DNA from: a virus
Virus record (IMG/VR): IMGVR_UViG_3300006077_000002
Coordinates: 29,818-93,817 of that record
Direction: 5' to 3' (one strand)
DNA: 64,000 nucleotides
Shown here: in pieces, positions 31,692-40,892 of the stretch
How the letters are laid out: every line of letters begins with the position of its first letter
How positions within the stretch are numbered: the first letter of the stretch is position 1
Program-made: the position numbers and the translations under genes
Notes under the pieces: generated by a model
Told to the model about the DNA's origin: nothing
The model's database searches: none
Seen by the model: the letters and a program-made list of their open reading frames with translations, nothing else

Positions 31692-32675
31692 GTGTTACTA
31701 ATAGTTACACCTCTGTTACCTTTCGTAACACTTCAACAATTCTTTTCCTATTTAAGCAAGACTTAAGAAAGAACTCACCTCAGAAACTCCTTATATTTAA
31801 TATAAGTGTTACCATTCGTAACACAACAGAAATAAACAGGTGTACCTAAGGTCACGCTTAAGGTCTATCGAAGGTTACATCTGAGTGAAAAATTCTTTTT
31901 GTGCTTTAAGCATATCTTAAGGAAGAACTCGCATAGGCTAAAAAGAGGCTCCTTCATAACATACCTTCAAATAAGCTTAAAGTCTAAATGATAATGATTA
32001 TCATAGTCACTTTCATTTCACTTTTTGACTCTTAAAAGGGTAAAAAATACACCCCTAAAAACAGGGCTATAAACGCCCTAAAATCGCTTAAAGGCACGAA
32101 AAAACGGTATGAATATATTGATGTACTAAACAGCGTTATACACGTACAGACCCCTTAAAAGGCTTTTAAAGGTGATAATGATAATCAATACGGACTGTAT
32201 AACTTTTAACCAATTTGTTGTATAAAAAGTAATCAATAAGAAAAACTTATACTGATAACGATAATCAATACCATAAAGGGACGGCACGCTAAATGATAAC
32301 GATAACCAAAATCAAAACCAAAGGACTCCTAAAGTTAATTGATAACGATACTCAATATCATAACCGCTATTCTAATTGATAATGATAACTAATATCATAA
32401 CCAAAGGACTCTAAAGCTAATTGATAACGATAACCAAAATCAAAACCAAAGGACAATAAGGGCTAATTGATAATGGTTATCACTATCAGAACACTTTAGG
32501 TCACGCCCTAAATGATAATGACTATCAATATCGCCCCTGAGAACTCTTCTAATTGATAATGATTATCACTATCGCACCCCTGAAGTAGGACTAAATGATA
32601 ACGATTATCAATACGGCTAGTGACGATGAAATTCCAAATTAAAGCGTCAATTCAGGGTGTTACGAAAGGTAACAC
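31692..32675. promoter_or_regulatory. Four copies of palindrome GTGTTAC-N5-GTAACAC (31692, 31713, 31806, 32657)
   Basis: Direct inspection; 0-1 mismatches per copy. Confidence 0.7.
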
Positions 32676-32797
32676 AACAGAAAAAAACATTGCTTGAAAA
32701 AGGCGATTTAAGCTTAGATTAAGAAAGAAGTGGGTACTCTCGCACGTTGCGTGTTTCTATATACTTTTTAAGGGCAACTAAATGAGAATGATTATCA
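31989..32797. promoter_or_regulatory. Array of 12 Fur-box-like 7-1-7 palindromes (TGATAAY-G-ATWATCA)
   Basis: Starts at 31989, 32173, 32253, 32294, 32340, 32377, 32422, 32468, 32513, 32554, 32596, 32783; two are perfect TGATAATGATTATCA. Confidence 0.8.
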
Positions 32798-32943
32798 ACT
32801 GAAAGTAATCTTAAGAAAAAATATTAATTTAAAATCCATAGGAAACTCTTTTTTATACACGTTATAATTTCGACGTTCCAAATATGAAGATTGATTTTTA
32901 ACTTTTCTCTTTGGACGTGATTTTTTAAAACGTGAAACAAATG

Positions 32944-32977
32944 GTAAACGAACGGTAAATGAAGTTCGTGCTATACT
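32944..32977 (+). promoter_or_regulatory. Candidate early promoter GTAAAC-N5-GTAAAT-N11-TATACT (extended -10 TGC)
   Basis: Same spacing as the other plus-strand promoters; upstream of the first early gene. Confidence 0.5.
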
Positions 32978-33540
32978 TTCACTGTTCGACTGATTAAGCC
33001 TGAGAGTAAAATCTCTAAATCAGATAACATCTTTTTTTGTAACAATCTCCCTGCTAGTCTACTTCAATTTAGGAGTAGGTGATAAGGGTAACACCTCAAA
33101 AAATACCATTGTCAAAAATCTCAAAATATGAAAAATTTGAGTATCCATAAAAAAAGTTGAAATTTTAGAATTTCATCTGTTTATATAGGGCGGTTGTAAA
33201 ATCTTTGTTAGTTAAAAGTAATGTATTGCCTATAACATTTTGATAACATTAGTTATCTGTAAATGGCGGTATAACACTATATAAACGGTTGATATTATTA
33301 TAGGAAGATAAATGCTTTCTATCTATTCATTAAAAAACTAATATAACGTAAAACGTATTGGATAGCACTTCGCTTTGTAACTAGGGCTAAATCTATGAAG
33401 TGTGAACGGGTGATAATAAAAATCATAAAGCCCGTTTTTTAATTTGCTTTCACCGTTTCAAAAAGTATCTTTTTAGGTATTTTTTGAAGTGGTAAAACAC
33501 TCAAATTTCCCGCAATTAAGCGGACAAAAAAGGGCTTATT

Positions 33541-34335
33541 ATGGCTAAAAATACTACAAAAAACACGGCAACTACACCTGCGATTGAAACTGAAACTACT
33601 CTAATCACTGATGAAAACACGGTTATTGGTACGGGTATTCTTAATGAATTAGCGGATAATTTGGTAGCGGTTGATACATCATCAATTAAATTTTTCAAAT
33701 GGGCGAAACAGGTTTACACTGACGGCGGTTCAAAAAACAGTGAGGCTAGTTTTGCAGAAGTTGAAAAGCTAATTGCAAAAACTTTAAGTGATGTTCACGT
33801 TAAAAGCATTGTAAACCGTGTTAAGAAAATTAACGGCATTGTGTATGATGTTTACAAAAATGGTTTGATGTTTGAAGTTGATTTGGTAACTTTTGGAAAT
33901 ATTGAGAGTGCTACACAATTTATAACAAGCCGTACTAAGGCGGTAACTGAGGGAAATCCGATTTTCAAAAAAGTTGATGGGAAATTAACTCCAACCACTC
34001 TAAAAATTGCAAAGGGTGCAATGACTAAGGCGGTGAATAAAGCGTATAAAGAAACGTGTAAAGCAAATGGAGTTAAAAAATTGGTAGCCTCACATCACCG
34101 TCAATATAACAATCTTTTAACAGATTTGGTTGATGATGTTACAAAAATGTATGTAACTGAAAAAGACGAAGAGGCAAAATTTGAAGCCCTTAACAAGATG
34201 ATTGAGGCATTCTTGGAGGGGTGTACTGTTGAACACAGAAAAGCACTTGAGGCAAAATTCTCAAAAGAGGTAGCGGTTAATACAACTGAAAAAGCACCTG
34301 AAACTACGGAAGAAATGGAAGCAAAAGTTTCTTAG
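33541..34335 (+). CDS. First early (pre-early) hypothetical protein
   Basis: 264-aa ORF with RBS. Confidence 0.8.
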   Translation: MAKNTTKNTATTPAIETETTLITDENTVIGTGILNELADNLVAVDTSSIKFFKWAKQVYTDGGSKNSEASFAEVEKLIAKTLSDVHVKSIVNRVKKINGIVYDVYKNGLMFEVDLVTFGNIESATQFITSRTKAVTEGNPIFKKVDGKLTPTTLKIAKGAMTKAVNKAYKETCKANGVKKLVASHHRQYNNLLTDLVDDVTKMYVTEKDEEAKFEALNKMIEAFLEGCTVEHRKALEAKFSKEVAVNTTEKAPETTEEMEAKVS

Positions 34336-34541
34336 TATTCTTAGATACTCCCAAATTATGGGGGTATCCATAGAGTTCTAAACTCAAATTCTAATGTATG
34401 TAGGAGTACACTATGAAATATTTTCTCACTTTTGTTGTAATTGTTGCGGTGCATACCGCCCTAAATGCCTCTGATTGTATCGACCCGTTTGATAATAACG
34501 GCACCTGTGGTAATCCCGTAGTATGGGTTAAGGGGTAAATT

Positions 34542-34814
34542 ATGGTAGAACATTCACATTATCAAAAATATTCTGCAATTCCTTTGCAGATGGCAGAAAT
34601 CCCTCAACGTCAAAAATTATCAACTGTTTTTGACAACTTCAATTTTACAAAGTCCCGCCTTGATGGGTATATTTCCCACAAATCTAAAAATTCCCACCCT
34701 AAATTTAAAAATTCCCACGATATTCTACGGGAAAAAACTTTGCGTGGAAATGTAGATAGAGCTTTAGCCCTTGTGGTATTTTCCACAAATGCATCTTTAG
34801 ATATTGAGGGATAA
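34542..34814 (+). CDS. Hypothetical protein
   Basis: AAGGGG RBS; operon context. Confidence 0.55.
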   Translation: MVEHSHYQKYSAIPLQMAEIPQRQKLSTVFDNFNFTKSRLDGYISHKSKNSHPKFKNSHDILREKTLRGNVDRALALVVFSTNASLDIEG

Positions 34815-34816
34815 TT

Positions 34817-34999
34817 ATGGAAGAAATTATTGTATTTGACCAAGATTTTCACACTTATTATCACGTAAATTATGCGGGTAAAATGGATTTAATTACAGAC
34901 CTTGAGAAATTCCTTGAGGCTTGTCTTATAGATGGGAGAATGCCTAAATTTGAAATAGGTATTGATGTTATGCAAGGGGAAAATTATGACCAAAACTAA
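34817..34999 (+). CDS. Hypothetical protein
   Basis: GAGGG RBS; operon context. Confidence 0.6.
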   Translation: MEEIIVFDQDFHTYYHVNYAGKMDLITDLEKFLEACLIDGRMPKFEIGIDVMQGENYDQN

Positions 35000-35318
35000 A
35001 ATCTCAAAGCACGGGTTTTCTAAACCCTCTTTCCGCCTAAACGATATTTCTGGCATTGAACTTGACAGACAACCAAGAGCAAAAGTTAGAGATGCTAGGG
35101 TAGAATTTGCCAAAGCAAATCCAAAACTACCTCACGGAAAATTGAAAATTCGTGTAATTAGTGCAGATGGTACAGCCCGTAAAGTTAATCAGTCCGCAAA
35201 ATTCAAGGAAGTTTACGGCAAAAAGAAGTATGGAAAAGCTTATGGTGATGATAATTCTATGGTGGAAACTTCAAATAAACAATTAAATATCGCTGAAATT
35301 GGCGAGGGGAGAAAATAA
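34986..35318 (+). CDS. Basic hypothetical protein
   Basis: Start refined to MTKTK with AGGGG RBS. Confidence 0.6.
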   Translation: MTKTKISKHGFSKPSFRLNDISGIELDRQPRAKVRDARVEFAKANPKLPHGKLKIRVISADGTARKVNQSAKFKEVYGKKKYGKAYGDDNSMVETSNKQLNIAEIGEGRK

Positions 35319-35560
35319 TGGCAACTATTACAGCACCAATTATGGTTATGACGGGATTTTCAAGTATGAAGATTTCAGAGAAAGTTAAAATTAAGATTAA
35401 CACTCACCTACTTTCTGAGGGAGCCAAGAAATTATTGGCTAGTCCTATGGGGTGGCACGTCCGTATTAAGCACGGCAGTCCTGCAATCTGTGGCGGTGGA
35501 GTGTACTACAAAGTAACCAAAGGGTCGTATTCTCTAATTTCCCTTAACGGAAAGGGGTAA
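35318..35560 (+). CDS. Hypothetical protein
   Basis: TAATG coupling. Confidence 0.6.
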   Translation: MATITAPIMVMTGFSSMKISEKVKIKINTHLLSEGAKKLLASPMGWHVRIKHGSPAICGGGVYYKVTKGSYSLISLNGKG

Positions 35561-35562
35561 TT

Positions 35563-35793
35563 ATGGCACCTAAATTCGGGAATGTTAGAATGAAACCAAT
35601 TGAAATTAAGGAATTTCAGGAGTGGATAGAAAAAGAATTTGATGTTTCCTTTGGTGGGGCGGGTGATGTGATTATTGAGTACCAAAAGTATTTGATTGCC
35701 AATGAATTTCAGCACCATTATGGGGAAAACACCCAAGAACAGTGGTTAATTCTACAAATTACTAAATTCGTTGAGAATTTCAGCAAGAATTAA
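35563..35793 (+). CDS. Hypothetical protein
   Basis: AAGGGG RBS. Confidence 0.6.
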   Translation: MAPKFGNVRMKPIEIKEFQEWIEKEFDVSFGGAGDVIIEYQKYLIANEFQHHYGENTQEQWLILQITKFVENFSKN

Positions 35794-35811
35794 GTAAGTT
35801 TTGGATATACT
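35778..35811 (+). promoter_or_regulatory. Host-type promoter TTTCAG-N5-ATTAAG-N11-TATACT
   Basis: Same geometry as 29148 and 41556. Confidence 0.55.
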
Positions 35812-35919
35812 ACGGCTCTCAGGTCGGAAGGAAAACACAAGGGTTTTTGCTAGGGTACACTTCCTACGGTGTACCTTATGGAGTAACCCTCCAAATTTAG
35901 ATAGTGTAGGAGCTATATT

Positions 35920-36426
35920 ATGAAAAAAGAATTATTACTAGAAGTGTTGAAGGGTGGGGAGGCTATGAAATCAGCCGTCCTTGAGTATGGAATTACAGGA
36001 AAGGATTTATTCCCGATTGTTGAGCTTATGGGGAAATCTACATATAAAGAGATTCGCCAAGAGTTCAGCCAAATTATGGGCGAGAATGGGCTTGATGGTA
36101 ACTTTCGTGGGGAAGAATTTACCCGAAGTGACCTAAAAACTATGGCAGAGTCAGCAGAGCAACACGCTGAAACACTTTCAGAGCGTGCTTATGAGGCACA
36201 TATGAATGGTGAAGATACCACAATTCTGCGATTACGTATGAACAAGCAAGCTGAATGGTGGTTTGCCTATGATTCTGCTTACCACGAAACAGAATTCTTG
36301 ATTCCTGAAATGTGTGACCGTGCTTTCACCATCGAGCTTGTTGGTACTAACACTTTCAAAATTAAGGGCGGTGGCTATATTCTGCCAACTAACATTAAAA
36401 CCCTACTTCAAGCGGAGGACGTATAA
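35920..36426 (+). CDS. Hypothetical protein
   Basis: AGGAG RBS; 168 aa. Confidence 0.7.
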   Translation: MKKELLLEVLKGGEAMKSAVLEYGITGKDLFPIVELMGKSTYKEIRQEFSQIMGENGLDGNFRGEEFTRSDLKTMAESAEQHAETLSERAYEAHMNGEDTTILRLRMNKQAEWWFAYDSAYHETEFLIPEMCDRAFTIELVGTNTFKIKGGGYILPTNIKTLLQAEDV

Positions 36427-36695
36427 TGGAAAAGCTTTACGAAGCCATAAATAATGGCGAAATTCAACTACACATAGGCACTAAGTATGCGGTGATTAAC
36501 AACACCGTAACCGTGCAAATTACAGGAGCCAAAAAATGCGAAGTCCATCTTATAGATGGTCAAGATGGTGACGTAATGGACCAATGGCGGTTTATCTCTT
36601 GTGGTGATATTGAGAAATTGACCGAGCGTGTTCTTTCTGCTTGTAAAAGTGGGCGGTTTTCATATGAAATGAATAAATTGTCAAGGGATTACTAA
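36426..36695 (+). CDS. Hypothetical protein
   Basis: TAATG coupling. Confidence 0.65.
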   Translation: MEKLYEAINNGEIQLHIGTKYAVINNTVTVQITGAKKCEVHLIDGQDGDVMDQWRFISCGDIEKLTERVLSACKSGRFSYEMNKLSRDY

Positions 36696-37021
36696 TGACT
36701 AAAATTTATAGCGGGTTCTTCAACGGAACCCATCACATCACACACCAGTTTGCTCCTGGAAATTGTAAATTACCAGTAGGAGTTTTTGAGGGTGACTCAA
36801 TTGATTTCTACATTCTAGGAACTTACCAAGCTGATGGTTTTTTAGGGCTTGTTATTCAGGGGCATCAACCCAATGGCACTCCATATCATATCACCCAAAA
36901 AGTGCCTGATGGAGTACCACCAGTTGAGATGGGTCGCCAAATTATGGCACACCCTGAAAACATCATCAAGACCACTGGTCCTGAGGTAATTACACTTGTC
37001 GCAGGATTCCACCGTGCGTAA
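36695..37021 (+). CDS. Hypothetical protein, possible 2H-phosphoesterase-like (two HIT motifs)
   Basis: HHITHQF and YHITQ resemble the paired H-x-T motifs of the 2H fold. Confidence 0.5.
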   Translation: MTKIYSGFFNGTHHITHQFAPGNCKLPVGVFEGDSIDFYILGTYQADGFLGLVIQGHQPNGTPYHITQKVPDGVPPVEMGRQIMAHPENIIKTTGPEVITLVAGFHRA

Positions 37022-37204
37022 TGATGTAGTACTTCGTTCAGTTGATGGTAAATACCAACTGAAAACACAAGCTCAAGTATGCCGTATGCTTCATAAGAAG
37101 TTTGGCGGTTCCCCTGATGTTCCCCATAAGTGGGAACAGTTAGGCGATTTTGTAGAGTACAACGACAAATTGTACCTACTTAGCAAAGACCTAAAGGAGT
37201 TGGT

Positions 37205-37531
37205 ATGCGTAGCACATTGATGATAATTATGGCTCTCTTCCTTTTTTCTGGCTGTGCCGAAGAGGATATGCGAGAGGTATGTACGGAAGAACAACTTCCA
37301 ACAGATGTGGTGTCACAGTTAGAGATAGAGTTTGGCACTTGTGATACTTCCTCCAAAAACTATATCCTCAATACTTCAAAGTGTATTGAGGCTATGCTCC
37401 AATTTATGGAGCCTCAAGATGCAATGGTGGAGGATTATCGTGTCCTCTTTTGGTGGGGTCCGTATGGAAATCCCACAGAGTTTACCTCTGATGGTGTAAA
37501 CTGCTTTATTGATGGAGAATATTATGACTGA
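37205..37531 (+). CDS. Putative lipoprotein
   Basis: Hydrophobic N-terminus with lipobox FSGC. Confidence 0.65.
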   Translation: MRSTLMIIMALFLFSGCAEEDMREVCTEEQLPTDVVSQLEIEFGTCDTSSKNYILNTSKCIEAMLQFMEPQDAMVEDYRVLFWWGPYGNPTEFTSDGVNCFIDGEYYD

Positions 37532-37643
37532 AGCAAAAATGGTTGAAAAATGGCTTAAGAAACATAAACCAAAGGTTGGAAGAGATGTAAATAAGCTGAC
37601 TTGTCGCTCTTCTAAACGCTACCAAAAAGTTAAGGGGTAAATT

Positions 37644-37901
37644 ATGGCAAGAATGCTTATGAGCGTCCGAGAATTGGACGACAAGACGTTTTCTCTGCCA
37701 AAAGGTACCAGAGTTCACCTACGAGGAACAACGGCTTCTAAGCCCTCCTTTGGTGTCCAAAGAAAAGAGTTATACTTTTTGGGAAATGATGGTGTTGGGG
37801 CTGTATTTAGTCCCAAGCGGAATACTAAGTTGAAAGATGGAGATTACCTCCACTATTCTGACCTACTCTCTATAACTGACGAAGGATTTGATGATGTCTA
37901 A
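37644..37901 (+). CDS. Hypothetical protein
   Basis: AAGGGG RBS. Confidence 0.6.
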   Translation: MARMLMSVRELDDKTFSLPKGTRVHLRGTTASKPSFGVQRKELYFLGNDGVGAVFSPKRNTKLKDGDYLHYSDLLSITDEGFDDV

Positions 37902-38196
37902 AGAATTTGAAATAGCTGGGGAAACCCTTAAGTTGACAAAAGTGAATAATGAATTGGTACATATTGAATATCCTGACCGCCCTTTGGTTTCTCTTATGAG
38001 AAATGGTGGTCACAACGACTACTATGAGTGTGCCATACATCACCCCAACGGTGATATTGAGACAGGTGGTAGATATTCTGTGGAGTTGGATAGCCGTGAT
38101 ATTCTCAAGGAACTTATCGGATTGTTGGTATACCAATGGGTAGATTCTGACAAGTTCTTAGAAGATTCAGCAAATATAGGGGGTCAAGATGTATAA
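37888..38196 (+). CDS. Hypothetical protein
   Basis: Operon context. Confidence 0.6.
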   Translation: MMMSKEFEIAGETLKLTKVNNELVHIEYPDRPLVSLMRNGGHNDYYECAIHHPNGDIETGGRYSVELDSRDILKELIGLLVYQWVDSDKFLEDSANIGGQDV

Positions 38197-38356
38197 ATGT
38201 AAAAAATGCCCAGAGGTTGTTATGGGTGAACACACCTTTGGAGAGATTGTGGCTATGAAAAAGCTATGCCCAGCGTGTCACTCTGAAAGTAGTGCTAAAT
38301 CTATTCGTAGAGTAAGCCTGAAAGAGTCTAAGCGTTTGGCAAAGGCTCGTAGATGA
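38189..38356 (+). CDS. Small Zn-ribbon protein (55 aa, not in ORF track)
   Basis: MYKCKKC...LCPACH. Confidence 0.5.
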   Translation: MYKCKKCPEVVMGEHTFGEIVAMKKLCPACHSESSAKSIRRVSLKESKRLAKARR

Positions 38357-38670
38357 TGATGCTTGAAGCACTCCTGAAGCTTCAGGAAGGGAGACAAGAC
38401 ACTCACTATGCTTATCGTGAACCTAAGAATGGTAAAGGGAAGAAAGACGGCAATTATATTGTCAAGATGTCTGCATTTGCTGGAGATGAGGCTTGCATAA
38501 AGAGAGGTGATGGAGAAGATTTTAGAATCTCCATTGGTGACTTGAAGTCTGACAGTTGGGAATTGTATGAGTTCCCAAAACCTGACACCACCTTGGAAGA
38601 CCTTGAAAAGGAAAACTACCAACTAAGAGCAAAACTTCGATGTTTCCAAGATGCCCTTAAGGACATTTAA
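38353..38670 (+). CDS. Hypothetical protein
   Basis: ATGA coupling; DLKSDSWE motif. Confidence 0.6.
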   Translation: MMMLEALLKLQEGRQDTHYAYREPKNGKGKKDGNYIVKMSAFAGDEACIKRGDGEDFRISIGDLKSDSWELYEFPKPDTTLEDLEKENYQLRAKLRCFQDALKDI

Positions 38671-38780
38671 ACTGGAGGGGGGTAACCTACCCCTTACAGA
38701 GCCCATAGGATAGCCTCCTACCTACTCCTATGGGCTCTGTAAGGTGTACTAAACACCAACAAAAATATTAAGGACTTATT

Positions 38781-39353
38781 ATGACTGTAACCCGTGGATT
38801 GACGGAGCTTAAGAAGCTTCAACGTAAAATTGAACGAAGAACAATGTCTGCCCAATGGGTAGGCAAAGATTTGGCAACTGACCCAGAGCGTGAGCTTCAG
38901 AGTATCGTTGATATTATTCAAGAGAAACACTCTCTGAAGTTAGCAATACTCAAGACAAATGCGGTAACTTTGGTGACAGTTCAAGGTGCAGTCATGACAG
39001 TACAAGAGGCTATTGTCTTGAAAGATACATTCACCAACAAAGCCAAGCTCTTAGGGGCTATGCGTTATGAACTGACCGAGGCTCGTGAACTCTTGGAGCG
39101 TCAAAAGTCTAAGGCTGAAGACCGTCTTCAGAAACTTCTGGAAAGCTTAGGGAAAGACCTAAGCCCTGAGATTATCACTCAGAACACCACAGCATTTTGG
39201 GAAGCAAACCCTTTCGTTATTGAAAGTGGTAAGCTTGACTTAGCTAAACACGTAGCAGAGGAGACAGAACGTCAGGAGGATTTCACAGCAGAGATTGATT
39301 TTATTCTCTCTGAGAGTAATGCGGTTACGGAGCTTGTAGATGCAACTCGATAA
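38781..39353 (+). CDS. Coiled-coil protein resembling the DIP1984/DUF6847 family
   Basis: MTVTRGLTELKKLQRKI...LKLAILKTNAVT...MTVQEAI...EIDFILSESNAVTE. Confidence 0.65.
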   Translation: MTVTRGLTELKKLQRKIERRTMSAQWVGKDLATDPERELQSIVDIIQEKHSLKLAILKTNAVTLVTVQGAVMTVQEAIVLKDTFTNKAKLLGAMRYELTEARELLERQKSKAEDRLQKLLESLGKDLSPEIITQNTTAFWEANPFVIESGKLDLAKHVAEETERQEDFTAEIDFILSESNAVTELVDATR

Positions 39354-39540
39354 AGTAGAAGAGTACCTTTTTGATAAAGGGTACACTCTTGATATGCACG
39401 GAGAGGGTTTGGTTTTCCAATTTATGGGTGAACTGTATGTGGTAACAGCCAAAGACCATTCAATTAAGAGCGGTGATAAACTTGGGTGGTTCCATAAATT
39501 ATGGCTGATTGCCAGTGGAGGTGCTCAGGAACTCTGGTAG
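39340..39540 (+). CDS. Hypothetical protein
   Basis: 66 aa, overlaps upstream gene. Confidence 0.55.
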   Translation: MQLDKVEEYLFDKGYTLDMHGEGLVFQFMGELYVVTAKDHSIKSGDKLGWFHKLWLIASGGAQELW

Positions 39541-39790
39541 TTCCCTCACAATCTTCTGCACTTAAAGTATGAGAAAATATTAGCTCTTGGTTAGGGAGTG
39601 CCTGACCAACAAAATTTGGATTTGAGGACGGAAGTCCACCCCTTAAAGCTTAAGACTTATAGTTTAAAGTTTAAGATTCAAAGGTTAAATTAATGAGAGC
39701 TCAAAGAGAATAAAGTTTGATAAATTCCCTGCGTTAACTGTTTTTGGTTCTAATATTACCATCATGGCAGGCGGGGTGAATGTAAGGAGA
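39541..39790 (+). ncRNA. Putative structured ncRNA with heptamer repeats
   Basis: ORF-free gap; TAAAGCT TAAGACT TATAGTT TAAAGTT TAAGATT CAAAGGT; partially complementary ends. Confidence 0.4.
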
Positions 39791-39833
39791 CTTTGCTGAC
39801 CTTAGGGTTGGCTTAGTATCTTTATTGAAGAGG

Positions 39834-40100
39834 ATGGAAAATATGGAAATAATAAGCTATAGAGGTATGGAGTGTAGAGCCTTTTGGATTAAGGGTGCAA
39901 CTTGCTGGGTAGTAACTACAGTTGACCCTGAGGTAGAAATGAAAGAGTCTTTTTCTGAACTAACTGAATCATCTGTTGATACATATAAGATACCTCCCAG
40001 CTTCTTACATAGAAGATATTGGACTATAAATAGTATAGACATTTATAAAAATAAGGATGTCCAACGAATTACTGGGGTGCTAGGAGTACTTTATGGATAA
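39834..40100 (+). CDS. Small protein, paralog family A, LxxLY tag
   Basis: CRAFWIKGATCWVV; ends VLGVLYG. Confidence 0.7.
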   Translation: MENMEIISYRGMECRAFWIKGATCWVVTTVDPEVEMKESFSELTESSVDTYKIPPSFLHRRYWTINSIDIYKNKDVQRITGVLGVLYG

Positions 40101-40365
40101 GTTATTGGTTATTAGTAAGAAGAATATCTTATGCCACGCTGTTTGGGTAACTAAGGCTAAGTTATGGGTTATTTCTCCAGTAGAATATGAGAAATACCAA
40201 GACTTTGGGCACAGCAAACTTCGTCCTAGTATTGGAAGTGAGTACCCAGTCCTTGAAGATTTTATAGGTAGACCCTACGACACAGTTGATAAAAGGGATA
40301 TTTGTAAGGACAAAGAGTATTCAAAGTATGTTAGTTTAGGAGAGATTTATGGCGAAAATACTTAG
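40093..40365 (+). CDS. Small protein, paralog family A, LxxIY tag
   Basis: CHAVWVTKAKLWVI; ends SLGEIYGENT. Confidence 0.7.
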   Translation: MDKLLVISKKNILCHAVWVTKAKLWVISPVEYEKYQDFGHSKLRPSIGSEYPVLEDFIGRPYDTVDKRDICKDKEYSKYVSLGEIYGENT

Positions 40366-40621
40366 AGTTAAGGTGGTGAGACGGTACGACCAATTAAAAG
40401 CCAGCAATGAGGAAGTTTATCAGGCCGTAAAGAAAAGTAAAGATAACAATTACTACTTACTGCTTCTTGAAAATGGTCTTGGTTGGACTCTTGGAGAAAC
40501 TGAAGCTAAACATATACTGGGTGGAGGCATGAAAGAGTGGGTTGGGCGGAAAGTCTATAATGTTCCTGGGAGTAGGCTTGAGTTTTTATCACAAGCACCT
40601 TTGAAGGAAATTTATGGCTAG
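40349..40621 (+). CDS. Small protein, paralog family B, LxxIY tag
   Basis: Ends PLKEIYG. Confidence 0.7.
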   Translation: MAKILRVKVVRRYDQLKASNEEVYQAVKKSKDNNYYLLLLENGLGWTLGETEAKHILGGGMKEWVGRKVYNVPGSRLEFLSQAPLKEIYG

Positions 40622-40892
40622 TGTTATCTTGGTGTTATACAAAGATGTGGTATGCTATGCAAAATGGATTGAAACTGCAGAATGTTGGGTGTTAGTTACG
40701 AGAGACCCTGCAGAGATTAAAAAACTTGTATATTCTAGCTCTCAATTATCTGATAGAGATGGAGAAATCCACGACATCCCAGAGATATTTTTGAATAGGG
40801 CTTATTTTACATTAGCTAAGAAATATCTATTTGCATATAACACCATTAAAAAAGTTTACTGTTTGGAGGAAATTTATGATAGTACACATTAA
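40614..40892 (+). CDS. Small protein, paralog family A, LxxIY tag
   Basis: CYAKWIETAECWVL; ends CLEEIYDSTH. Confidence 0.7.
   Translation: MASVILVLYKDVVCYAKWIETAECWVLVTRDPAEIKKLVYSSSQLSDRDGEIHDIPEIFLNRAYFTLAKKYLFAYNTIKKVYCLEEIYDSTH

Noticed and set aside
32253-32610. CRISPR-like repeat/spacer appearance
   Set aside because: Repeats are degenerate, intervening segments are only ~20 nt and partly duplicated (AACCAAAGGAC), and there are no cas genes. A protein-binding-site array fits better
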